Part shown: piece after piece, positions 25,382 to 38,291 of the stretch
How positions within the stretch are numbered: position 1 is the first letter of the stretch
Layout: each line of letters starts with the position of its first letter
Assembly (NCBI GenBank): GCA_964035545.1
Contig: OZ037772.1
Coordinates: forward strand, 8,487,150-8,551,149
Direction of reading: 5' to 3'
Source: Bugula neritina
Lineage: Eukaryota > Animalia > Bryozoa
Length of the DNA: 64,000 nt
The notes under the pieces: generated by a model
Told to the model about the DNA's origin: nothing
Database searches by the model: none
Seen by the model: the letters and a program-made list of their open reading frames with translations, nothing else
Translations under genes and position numbers: made by a program

Positions 25382-26555
25382 GGTAGATGAACCGAACATA
25401 ACTAAGAGACAAACGAAGGAAAAGTAACTTGCTATGTATCTAAACAATTTAAGATTTCTACTGTACTGTACCAGAAATATAAAACAATGATTTTTACTGT
25501 ATCATGAAATTATCATGGTAGTCTAGCAGCATAATGTTTTAGCTTTTTTATAGTTAACCATTGCAGTAAGCTATATTGCATATTAAAAGCTGATGGAACA
25601 ATGGGTCCTGCCTGTAAGGATCAGGTTCTTTTGTTCATCAAGCAACATTGTAATGCAAGTTTAGCACTGTATTAAACAATAGACTCTTTTTCAATACCTC
25701 TGGTACCCACTTTACAAAGGATGTTTTTGCTACCTCAGGTACTTAGTTCAACCATAATATAGAAAGCAACCTCACTATAGAAACTTATTCTAACTGCTAT
25801 ACATAAAATCTCAACTATGCTATCGAATAGTTTTTTATGAACTAAATATTTTGGTATAAGCACACATCTTAAGGTTGCTTTAAAAACATTTTGAAAAATA
25901 TTTGTTCTTGAAAATTTTATGAAGAAGGCTTCAAAGCACTTTAGTAGTTTTAATTATTGATCATTGCTGAATTAGAGACAGCTGTGATAACTATAACTAG
26001 TTATAGCAAAAGTATCCCAACTTGAGAGCGATTATGTATGGTTTTTCTGACAATGTAACAATTTGGTTATGTACATTTAACAGACCATATAATTTTACTA
26101 AAATGAGAAGGAACTGATACTAAACTGTGTAAACATATTGGCTGTTAAATAGAAGCTTTCATTAAACAATGATGTGAATTAAACAAGATAAAGAAAATTT
26201 TGTTTTATATCTCATGTTTTCACCAAGAATACTATTACTCATAAGTTACATAAAATTATTAAAATAAGACTTAAGTACTATATGCAGCATAAAATTTGAA
26301 TAAACTAAAAAACACTGAGTAAATATTATGTTGATATTTTCTAGAAAATGTTTTATATTAAATCTCTTAAAAAAATAATAAAAAATAAAGACAAATTCTC
26401 AACTCTGGATACAAAAAGTATTACTTTTGCACATGTCTAGTTTTTTGTTATCATAGAAAATACAAAAAATACATGAAAATGCAAAAAAATTCCTTCCCAT
26501 TTTATCTGGCATATAAAGGATAGAAGAATAGTCACTTGATTTATGGTAGAACAAA

Positions 26556-29110
26556 TTAATGTTTAGTATGTATTTTAGTGTGTGAATGAAGGTTAGATTT
26601 TTGATTGAACGATTTATTACAAACATTACATAGAAATGGCTTCTCTCCACTATGTGTTCTCATATGTCTAGTTAGGTCACCTTTATAAGCAAATGCTTTT
26701 TTGCACACATTGCACTGATATGGCTTCTCTCTAGTGTGTGTCCTCATATGTGAAATGAGGTTGCTTTTTTGAATGAATGATTTTTTACATGCATTGCATG
26801 AAAATGGTTTCTCTCCAGTATGTGTCCTCATATGTTGCTTTAGGCTGTTTTTGAGACTGAATGCATTCTTACAAATATGACATGGAAATGGCTTCTCTCC
26901 AGTATGTTTTCTCATGTGATTGTTGAGATTACCCATGTGTATTGCCTTGTAGCTACATATTGAACATTGAAAACACTTTCTTTTGCTCTGCTCTTCTTTA
27001 TTCTTCTCAAGACCAGCTCCTTGTGTTGACCTGTAGGCAGAAATATCATGTCCAGTTGCTTTCTCTTTGAACATTTTTCTTGTCGCCCCAACAACATCCA
27101 TAGATATGTTGGTAATGTTATGCACTTTTTCATCAGTGTAAGTCTCTATATCTCTTTTTATATCTTTAGAATAATCTCTGCACCTATTTTCATTATAAGT
27201 TTCTTTGTATAGTACATCTGGTAGATTTTTAAAAGTATAATCTCCTGTATTCAAACATGTTTGTATTTCACCTGTAAGACAATATCATAAATGGTATGCA
27301 TGATGGCATTTAAAGCTTATTCATAGTTATTAATACATCCTATAATGTCTATATGTATACTTCTTTTTTGAAAAAACAAACATATGCACGGATTTCAATC
27401 GGTTACCCATGGTTCACTAATAATGAAACCATAAAATAGTTAGTAAACTATGGAAATTTAAAAGCAGCTATAGTGAACTCTGGATAAGATCAGTGCAAAT
27501 TAGTTAAAAAAAAGGTCAAGGATTCGACCATTGGTAACAGATGTTAGAAGAGCATCTAGCCATCATTGCTCCTGTGTCTCAACCAAAGACAAGTGTTTAG
27601 CTTGTTCGAAGAATTTACTATCAGAACTTCTCATGGAGATGAAACTTTTAAAGCATTCAAAAGTTTATAAGGATCATTGATCCTGCATGCTATAAAATGT
27701 GCTTTAAGGTTGTTAATTTTTTTTGACATGTGGTAAACAAGTACTAACTTGATAAATTGTTATCTGCAAAAAGATTCAGTCCTGGAACTTTAAAAGCTCC
27801 AAATATAACTTCAGACAAAGGAACATCAGACTCTTCATGTGGATTGCCGTCATATGTTGTAGCATCTATGGGAATAGCGTTTCGGTTGTTTGGATGAATT
27901 TCATGATCTACTGTAAATAAATAATTTTATAAATAATTACTTGATAGTATTATTGTTTCATTTTTTTAATATCGTGTATTTTGATAAAATTTGCACTTTT
28001 AATGAGAGAGAAGATTTGATGGTTTAAGTTTGATCTATCTAATCATACTCACCAGTTGAGATGAATTCCATTGTAGTAGTCAATCCTAAAACTTGAAAAG
28101 CCTCAGAGATAACTTTAGACAGAAGAGCTTCAGGTTCCTTTGATGGTAGATAGTTTTCTTGTACTGCATTTTGTTTTCTGAGAAGTTCTAACTGTTGGTG
28201 GTATCTAAAGTTGTCTGCAAATCCATTTTCTACACCTTCTTCTACATATTTGTTAGACACTGTTGTTAGCATATTAAGGAAAGTTTGATTGTCTGTATTG
28301 ACATTAGAACTTTGAGAGTCTAAAACCACTGAATGTCTCTCAGAGCTGTTATTGGTTACTAAAGGATCCCACTCAGCACTATACTCATCTCTACAATATG
28401 GTTCCTGTCTATAAAGATCACAATCTTCAGATGAATCCATTCCACTTAAACTGCTAAAAGCACCAGAAGTAACTTCAGACAGAGGAACATCAAATTCTTT
28501 TGGTAGACAATTGTTATGTAGTGAAGTATCCATGTTCAAAAAACAGTGAGTGTTTGTATCAATTGTAGAAGTCATAGCAACTGAGCTTGCAGAGAAGCTG
28601 TGACTTTGAACAAAGTTTTCACAGAGAGCAGGACTATTCCACCAGACATCATTTTCAAAGATCTGATATGGCTCTTGCATCTGTTTGCTTAGTGTTTGAA
28701 GAGCTGTCTGTGGTTCCATTACTGCAAAATAAAGGCAGCCTTAACAAACTTACATTTAAACATCTACTCAAAACTTAGGAATTCCTATACATGGTGTGTG
28801 TGTTTTTTTAAATTGTGCACAATTTAAAGAAAAGACACACACACACTCACTCATTCACTCACTCATGAACTCACTCACCCCAGCATACACACATTTACAC
28901 AGTAATTAAGACCAAAAACCTAATAACAGTGAAATATGCACAAATTCATTTACCACCTAGCATGTTTACACCTAAGTTATACAAATTATTTTAATCAATC
29001 ATCTTGTTAATAAATAGTAAATAAAGAAGGCTATCATGAAATAGTAGCTTAAACTAACCAATTAATTATTTCCACATTGTTTCATACTTACATGGTTTCA
29101 TCACAGGCAT
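26556..29110 (-). CDS. Copy B: intact C2H2 zinc-finger gene, 5 fingers, ~521 aa
   Basis: Exons 29092-29110, 28053-28721, 27749-27910 and 26556-27271; GT-AG, phase 1 throughout, total 1566 nt, open; HTGEKP linkers. Confidence 0.88.
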
Positions 29111-29793
29111 GGCAGATGATCTGAACACTTCCAGAGAACACTGGAAAGAGAACTAGCAAGTTCTGAATATAAAAACTGTGAGACATTCACTGTAAACTAT
29201 GAGATTGAAGTTAAACAATGATTTGTACTGTATCACACAGTCATCTAACAGCATAATGTTTTGGCTATATTTGTTTATAATTAATCATTACAGCTAGCTA
29301 TTACACATTGGAAAGCTGATGGAACAATGTGTTAGACCTGTACCTTTGTTCATCAAGAACTAGTGGTATACATTTTGTGCATGGTTAACAAAATATTCAA
29401 AAATGATGGCCAAGTATTTTTGATAAAAAACATCATAACACCGATCTGCTGTTTCAAATTAAATTGAATAAATAGTTGAGATAAAACTGATAGGTTGGTA
29501 AATAAAGATAATTAATTTGACCAAAATTCTATTTATTTCAATTTTAAAAATATAGCACAATAACTTACATTTTGCACTATCCCAAAATGAGCATTAGAAG
29601 CATTATTAACTCATTGAAAAGTAGAGGTGCAATAGCACTTGCAATTGCGATTGATTGTAGGGTTATTTTTGATGTCTTCAAAACGCTGTTATTAATTTGG
29701 TGATGGGAATAGATGACTTATATAATAATGGCACAGATAAAGATTGGAAAAGTGGCAGTTTGAATATTGGAGTTTGGGGTTAGGGGTTTTAAG

Positions 29794-30715
29794 TTAGGGC
29801 TTTGTGTTTTGGGCTATAGAGGGTTTTGATTTTGAGCTATAATAGGGGGTTTGGGCTTTGAGGTATTGGGGGTTTAAAACTCCTAAAGCCTCAGAAACAA
29901 CTTCAGAAAGAAGAACATCAGTTTTTTTTAGTAGACAGCTGCCAAACACTGAAGCGTTTGTGTTAACATAGTCTTGAGGATTTGTATCAACTGTGGAAGT
30001 CAGAGTAACTGTGTTTACAAAAAAGCTAGGACTTTGAGTGAAAGTCTCACAGAAAGCATTAGTTGTCCACTGAACATCATTTTTAGATATCTGATTAGAC
30101 TCTTGCATCTGGTTGCTGATTGGTGCTTGATCTGTTTCATATGGTTCTATAACTGCAAAATAACAAAAGCCTTTACAAGTTTAAGTAAAAATATCAAATT
30201 AACTTTCACTCACTCAATCCATCACTCAGTCACACAGTCACTCACTCACTCGCTCGCCTGCCCGTTCGCTTGTCCACTTGCCTGGCTGCCAAAAACCGCC
30301 CGCCCGCTAGCTCACTCGCTCACTCACTTACTTACTCACTCACTTAATCACTCACCCAATCTCTCACTCAAACCAACATACTCACACTTTTGTACAATAA
30401 TTTACCCATGCAAAAGCTCAATGGAAGTGAAATATCCGAGACTTCATAGCACAATAATTTACACCTAAATTATACAGTTTATTTCAATCAATCAGCTATT
30501 TAATTAGTAATGTAGTGATGAGTTTACCCAGTGGCTCATGTGGTGTAATTGGCTAGCGCCTGCTTGCAAGCTGTAATTCTGTGGTTCGATTTCTGACAGG
30601 AGAAATTATTTTACAAATACTAAATACCAAAGGTCAACATAAAATATTAATAACACATTAACCAATCCATTAGTTCTACAGAGCAAGTATACTTACATGA
30701 ATGAATCACAGACAT
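29794..30715 (-). pseudogene. Copy C: truncated paralogue (exon 1 + 5' part of exon 2)
   Basis: Exon 1 30697-30715 (MSVIHS); exon 2 starts at 30152. Homology ends after SEALGVL (~29872) and runs into the upstream spacer of copy B. Confidence 0.8.
30531..30615 (+). mobile_element. tRNA-derived SINE head or tRNA pseudogene inserted in intron 1 of copy C
   Basis: Pol III A-box-like TGGTGTAATTGG (30541-30552) and B-box-like GGTTCGATTTC (30583-30593) at tRNA spacing. No clean cloverleaf. Absent from the homologous intron of the other copies. Confidence 0.6.
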
Positions 30716-31618
30716 AGTAGAAGAACTGACCATAACTAAGAGTCACTATGGATAGAAGGGTAACTTGTTCTGAATAAATACAGTATAACATAATCACTGA
30801 CAGGGGGGGGGGTTAATATAACAGCAGAATTATCATGGCTATTTGCTTACAGAGCTGGCTGTTGTATATTAGAGGAGTAACTTGTTATAGTGTAAAATGT
30901 CTACAATCAGTAAGGTTAATCCAGCTAGCAGCAATATACGGTCTTTATAACAATTTACTTATAATTAATCTTTACAGAGCTGGTTATTGTATACTAAAAA
31001 GCTGGTGGAAAGTTGAGTTAGATCTGCATTTTTGTCCATCAAGCATTAGTGTCACATGCACTGTTGGCATGTTTGAATAAAGAATCATAAGGGAAATTTT
31101 ATTCGGTTTGACGGAAGAATTAATCAGTTGTTTCAAAGTATATTAAGTAAACTTGTTTAGATAAAGCTGATAGGCTGATTGAAAGAATTATTTCATCCGG
31201 CCACAAACTTGTAGGTCCTAGTTCTAAAGGTACATTGTAGTAAACTAACTTTTACAAGACACTAAACATTAGAACATTTATCTAAGCATAAAAATTTTGC
31301 AGTAAAGAAAAGTTGGAAGAGTATTTTAACTTGAGAGTATAATTATATGGTTTATTATATAATTCACAAAACCTTATAATGTTGCAGAAAAAAAGAGCTT
31401 ATAGATTCAACTGTGTGAACACATTGGCTGTGAAGTAGAAGCATAACTATAAAACTAAGGGTTGAATTGAACAAGATAAAAAAGTTTTATTTAATAACTT
31501 AAAGAGACTAGAACTTTACTAATATATAATTATTAAAACTATCTATATGCGGTACTATATGACATGAAACTTTACTAGTCTAAAGAATACTGAAATATTA
31601 TGTCTTTGATTACCCATT

Positions 31619-34013
31619 TTATCGGTTTTTAGTGTGTTTTTTAATGTGTGAATGAAAGCTAGTTTTTTTAGTGAACGATTTGTTACACACATTGCATGTA
31701 TATGGCTTCTCTCCTGTGTGTGTCCTCATATGTGAAATAAGGTGGTTCTTTTGAGGAAATGATGTATTGCACACATTGCATGTATATGGCTTCTCTCCCG
31801 TGTGTGTTCTCATATGTCTAGTTAGGGTGCCGCTTCGAGAAAATGACTTTTTACAAACATTACATTGATATGGTTTCTCTCCCGTGTGTGTTCTCATATG
31901 TCTGGTTAGGGTGCCGCTTAGAGAAAATGACTTTTTACAAACATCACATTGATATGGTTTCTCTCCAGTGTGTGTCCTCATGTGTTGCTTTAGGATATCA
32001 CTGGTAGAGAATTTCTTTATACAAATGTGACATGAAAATGGTTTTTCTCCCGTGTGTGTTCTAAAGTGCCGAGTAAGATGTTTCATAATTTTTGTCTTAT
32101 AGTTACACTGAGGACATTTCTTTATACCCTTCTTTATTCTTCTCAAGACCAGCCTCTTGTGTTGACTCATACTTACAAACATCATGTCCAGTTGTCTTCT
32201 CTTTGATCACTTCTTCTTTCTGATTGAGGACATCTGTAGGCTGGTTGGCCATCTTATACACTATTTGATCAGTTTGAGTCACTATACTCCTGTTTATTTC
32301 TTTAGAATAGTCATTGCACTTATATTCATAAGTTTCTTTGTACAGTGTATTTGGTAAAATTTCAGAATATAAATGATCTTAGATTTCCCCTGTAAAACAG
32401 TATTACAAATGATATAATAGCATTGAGTTTTCATTCATAGTTTTTTTAATGTTATTAATACATCCTAATGTATAAATTATGTATTCTTCTTTTTTTGAGA
32501 AAACATGGATCCAATTCAATCAGTTACTAATATGCCACCAATGATGGAAGCACAACTAGCTATATAATATATCAATTTAAAGAGTTATTAAATCAACTAC
32601 TATTGAAAGCAGTTATTGCACTACTGGAAAAGATGATGCTAGCTTAATTAGAACTATAAAATCATGACATACATTATTGGTTAAGGCCATATTGGTGTTA
32701 GGAGAAGCATTCAGCCATAATTTTTCCTTTGCCACAATAGAAAATATGTTTTCAGCTTTCTGAAAACTTTACCATTCAGGCTTTTACAGTTAAACCAGTC
32801 ACCAGTTAAACTGGTTTTTAAATTGCTTTTCAGCATTTTGAACAGATTTTAACATGTGTTACACACATACTAACCCGATGATATGTAGTCCGCTAAGGCA
32901 TTCAACCCTAAAACTTTTAAACTGTCAGAGATAGCTTCAGAGAGAGGGGCACCAGGTTCTTCTGGTAGGTACTTGTCATACACTGTGGCTTCTATGAAGA
33001 AAGAGGTTGTATGCATCAACCAGAGGTTAACTAAATCGTAAATGAGTATATAGTTGTAAAATGATACTTGGCTAATTTATTTTATTGTTTAATCCTTAAT
33101 ATCATGTGATATCATTTCAATTAGTGATTGCAATGAATGAAATATTTGATGGTTTTTGCTTTATTAATCTAATCAGTATACTCACCAGTTGAAATGACTT
33201 CCGGTACAGTATTCTGTCCAAAAACTTTATAAGTCTGATCAGACATAACTTCAGATGTAGTAAAATCAGGTTTTTCTTGCAGATAGTTTTCACGTACTGC
33301 ACTTTGTTTCCTGGGATGTTCCAAATGTGGGCGGTTGCTCAAAAAATCTGAGAATTCATTTTCTACACCTTCTTGGACATAAGTGTCAGATACTGTTGTT
33401 GGCATTTCACGGAAAGTTTGATTGTCTGTATTGACATTAAAACTTTGAGAGTCTAAATTCACCGAATGTCTCTCAGAGCTGTTATTGGTTACTAAAGGAT
33501 CCCACTCAGCACTATACTCATCTCTACAATATGAATCCTGTCTGTAAGGATTAGGATTTTCGGGTAAATAATTTCCACTTGAACTGCTAAAAGCTTCTGG
33601 CAACATAGGAATATCAGATTCTTGTGATAGACGGTTGTCATATGCTGCAGTTTCTGTGTTAACATTGTCTTGAGTGTTTGTATCAACTGTAGAAATTAAA
33701 GGAGCTGAGTTTACAGAAAACCTATGAGGAGCTTGAGTAAAATTCTCAGAGAGAGCTCTTGTATAAGTTCACTCAGCGCACACACTCGCACACACTCGCA
33801 CACACTCGCACACACTCGCACACACTCGCACACACTCGCACACACTCGCACACACTCGCACACACTCGCACACACTCGCACACACTCGCACACACTCGCA
33901 ATCATCGTTAATGAATTATAAATATAAAAAAGGCTATCATGGAATAGTAGCCTAGACTAACTAATTAGTTATTTTCACAGCCTTTTATACTTACACGGTT
34001 TAATCACAGACAT
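31619..34013 (-). pseudogene. Copy D: disrupted ZNF gene, 6 intact fingers
   Basis: Exons 33995-34013, 33186-33721 (536 nt, 1-nt deletion vs copy E), 32875-33030 and 31619-32389. CAA>TAA at 32379-32381, and a frameshifting deletion at ~32118-32130 just before finger 1. Confidence 0.8.
33777..33899. repeat. 10-bp tandem repeat (CACACTCGCA)n, ~12 copies
   Basis: Perfect array, directly visible. Confidence 0.97.
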
Positions 34014-35611
34014 GGCAGATGATTTGAAAACCACTGGATGACTCTGGAAATAGAACTAACTAGTTCTAAATATAAAAACTGTGAGACATTTACTGTAAAC
34101 TATATCAGACTAAGATTACACAATGATCTGTACTGTATCATATGGTCATCTATAGCAGCATAATGTTTTGGCTATATTTGTTTATATAATTAATCATTAC
34201 AGCTGGCTATTGGGCATTGGAAAGCTGATGGAACTATGTGTTAGACCTGTACCTTTGTCCTTCAAGAAATACTGGCATACATTTTTAGCATTTTTACCAA
34301 AAAATTCAAAAAGGATGGCCAATTATTTCTGATAAAAAACAACATAATAGCCTCAGTCAGCTGTCTCAAATTGTATTAAATAAATTGTTGAGATAAAAAT
34401 GATAAGTTGGCATATAGAGTTATGCCATCTGACCAAATTTTTTTTTTTAATTTTGAAGATATAGCACAACAAGATAAGTTTTGCACTCTCCCAAAATAAG
34501 CATTAGAATTATTATTTAAATAACTCTTTCGGAAGTAGAGGTGCAGTAGCATTTTAACCTGAGATGAATTGTATATATTGTTTGATGTTATTAAAAAGCT
34601 ATGTAGATAAAAGTGAACTTACAACTTGGCGTTAGGTATAAATGCCTTAGTAGATAATGCAGCAGGTACTGATTGGAAAAGTGGCAGTGTGAATACTGCA
34701 GGGTTTGAGGTTTTGGAAAGTTTAACATTAATGTGCCATACTTGACTTTGGCTTATTTTCTATATCAAAATAAGCATTAGAGCAATGAATAAACCGCTAT
34801 TGATGTCAGGAATGTGTAGTTACAGCAGTATCCCAACTTGACAGTATTACACGAGGTGTTTCTGACAATTATGTATATTTATATTATGCTACAATAATAT
34901 AGTTTGACAGTAAGAGAAAGTGAGAAAGAACCGATACTAAACTGTGTGGACATATTGGCTGTAAAATGGAAACTTTTATTAAACAATGATGTGAATTCAA
35001 CAAGATGAAGAAAATTTTGTTTTATGTATCATGATTTCACTAAGAATACTATTAGTCATAAGTTACATGAAACTGTTAAAATAAGACGTAAGTACTACAT
35101 ATATAATATGTGACATAAAACTTTAATGAACTAATAGTTGCTGAGATATTATATGTTCTAGACTATGTGTATAAAAGTGCTTATAATAAAACTTTAAATA
35201 TAATTAAATATAAAGAACAATTTTTAACTTTACATTCTAAAAATAGAATAACATATTATATTGCTTCTGTTCCTATGTCTACATTTATCCAGCTTTCATG
35301 TACTTTTACAGCTTATAAAGTTTATATTGTATTCATGTTAGATCCGAATAGACAGATGTGTTAAAATCTTCACCTTTCATCAGCTAGATGCATTGTCTAT
35401 ATATGCACACATGTATGCAGTATTATTGCTTTGCATTACCAGAGACAATTATGGGAATAACAATGGCTTCTTCTTGTTTTAACAGCAGTCAAATACAACT
35501 AAGAATAAATTTCAAGCATCTCCCCTATGGTGAGCTACTTGTTTATCCGAGTGTTTTTCATAAGAGTTACAATTTGAATTTCAATACAGCAGCTTTGCAG
35601 CTATACTTAGA

Positions 35612-38291
35612 CTATGGTAGACCAGACTGATTTTTAGTATGTATTTTAGTGTGAGACAGAAGGCTAGCTTTACTAGTGAATGACTTCTTACAAATATGAC
35701 ATAGAAATGGCTTCTCTCCATTATGTGCTCTCATGTGTCTGGTTAAGGAACTTTGTTGAGTAAATGATTTATTACACACACTGCATGAAAATGGTTTTTC
35801 TCCAGTATGTGTCCTCATATGTTGCTGTAGAGTAATTCTGTGTCTGAATGCATTTTTACAAATATGACATGAAAATGGTTTCTCTCCAGTGTGTGCTCTC
35901 ATGTGTCTGGCTAGGGAACCTTTTTGAGCGAATGATTTGTTACACACATGACATAGAAATGGCTTCTCTCCAGTGTGTGTCCTGACATGTTTCTGCAGGG
36001 TACCTCTTTGGCTGAATGCAGTTTTACAAATATGACATAGAAATGGCTTCTCTCCTGTGTGTATTCGCATGTGACAGATAAGAGCATTTTTCCAGGCAAA
36101 AGCAGACCCACATATTTCACATACAAATGGCTTCTCTCCAGTATGTATTCTCATGTGTCTGTCCAGACTACCCATATCCCTTGCCTTGAAGCTACATAGT
36201 GAACACTGAAAACACTTCCTTTTGTTCTGCTCTTCTGTATTCTCATCAAAACCAGCTTCTTGTGTCGACTCATACTCAGAAACATCATGTAAAGTTGTCT
36301 TTTCTGTGATTCCTTCTTCTTTCTGATCAAGGATATCTGTTGCCTGGTTGGCCATCTTATACACCATTTGATCAGTTTGAGTCACTATACTTCTGTTTAT
36401 TTCTTTAGAATAGTCATTGCAATTATATTCATAAGTTTCTTTGTACAGTGTATCTGGTAGAATTTCAGAATATAAATGATCTTGGATTTCCCCTGTAAAA
36501 CAGTATTACAAATGATATAATAGCATTGAGTTTTCATTCATAGTTTTTTTAAAGTTATTAATACATCCTAATGTATAAATTATGTATTCTTCTTTTTTTT
36601 GAGAAAACATGGATCCAATTCAATCAGTTACTAATATGCCACCAATGATGAAAGCACAACCAGCTATAATATATCAATTTAAAGAGTTATCAAATCAACT
36701 ACTATTGAAGCAGTTATTGCACTACTGGAGGATATGATGCTAGCTTAATTAGAACTATAAAATCATGACATACATCATTGGTAAAGCCATATTGGTGTTA
36801 GGAGAAGCATTCAGCCATAATTTTTCCTTTGCCACAATAGAAAATATGTTCTCAGCTTTCTGAAAACTTTACCATTCACGCTTTTACAGTTAAACCAGTC
36901 ACCAGTTAAACTGGTTTTTAAATTATTTTTCAGCATTTTGAACAGATTTTAACATGTGTTAAACACATACTAACCCGATGATATGTAGTCCGCTATGGCA
37001 TTCAACCCTAAAACTTTTAAACTGTCAGAGATAGCTTCAGACAGAGGGGCACCAGGTTCTTCTGGTAGGTCCTTGTCGTACACTGTGACTTCTATGAAGA
37101 AAGAGGTATATGGTTCTATGCATCAACCATGGGAACTGAATCGTAAATGAGTATAGTTGTAAACTGATACTTGGCTAATTTATTTTATTGTTTAATCCTT
37201 AATATTATGTGATATCATTTCAATTAGTAATTGCAATGAATGAAACATTTGATGGTTTTTGCTTTATTTATCTAATCAGTATACTCACCAGTTGAAATGA
37301 CTTCCGATGCAGTATTCTGTCCTAAAACTTTAAAAGTCTGATCAGACATAACTTCAGATGTAGTAAAATCAGGTTTTTCTTGTAGATAGTTTTTATGTAC
37401 TGCACTTTGTTTCCTGGGATGTTCCAAATGTGGGCGGTTGCTCAAAAGATCTGAGAATTCATTTTCTACACCATCTTCGACATGAGTGTCAGACACTGTT
37501 GTTTGCATTTCAAGGAAAGTTTGATTGTCTGTATTGACATTAAAACTTTGAGAGTCTAAATTCACCGAATGTCTCTCAGAGCTGTTATTGGTTACTAAAG
37601 GATCCCACTCAGCACTATACTCATCTCTACAATATGAATCCTGTCTGTAAGGATTAGGATTTTCGGGTAAATAATTTCCACTTGAACTGCTAAAAGCTTC
37701 TGGCAACATAGGAATATCAGATTCTTGTGATAGACAGTTGTCATATGTCGCAGTTTCTGTGTCAACATTGTCTTGAGTGTTTGTATCAACTGTAGAAATT
37801 AAAGGAGCTGAGTTTATAAAAAAACCTATGAGAAGTTTGAGTAAAGTTTTCAGAGAAAGCTCTTGTATATGTTCACTCAGCACACACTAGAACACACCCG
37901 CACACACCCGCACACACCCGCACACACCCGCAAACACCCGCACACACCCGCACACACCCGCACACACCCGCACACACCCGCACACACCCGCACACACCCG
38001 CACACACCCGCACACACCCGCACACACTCGCACACACTCGCACACACTCGCACACACTCGCACACACTCGCACAGGCACACAATGGTAATGAAAGTTCCA
38101 ATGACACAGTAAGATCCACATGAGAGTGCAATTGCTAAAAAATTTTGTACACTTACACAGTATAAGTTTACTTTTTTTTTCAATCATTCTTTAGAAACAG
38201 ATAGATATGAAAACCATTGAATAGTACCAATTAGCCAACAATTTTTTAATGTTTACAAAAATTTATACTTACATGGCTGGCCCCCAGACAT
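35612..38291 (-). CDS. Copy E: C2H2 ZNF gene, 7 fingers, ~478 aa if exon 3 is skipped
   Basis: Exon 1 38273-38291 (MSGGQP); exon 2 37289-37825 via a derived acceptor (cttctcatag); exon 3 36975-37135 has an in-frame TAG and +2 nt; finger exon 35612-36492 is open. Confidence 0.72.
37893..38073. repeat. 10-bp tandem repeat (CACACCCGCA / CACACTCGCA)n, ~18 copies
   Basis: Directly visible; the two variants sit in separate blocks. Confidence 0.97.

Noticed and set aside
30531-30615. Functional tRNA gene
   Set aside because: Acceptor and T stems do not pair properly; reported as SINE-like instead.
33777-33899. Regular repeat array as a possible CRISPR
   Set aside because: No spacers, a 10-bp unit and a eukaryotic context.
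33711-38187. ORFs with CVRVCASVCE / HTRTHSHTLA repeats
   Set aside because: These are translations of the 10-bp intronic tandem repeats, open in several frames on both strands.
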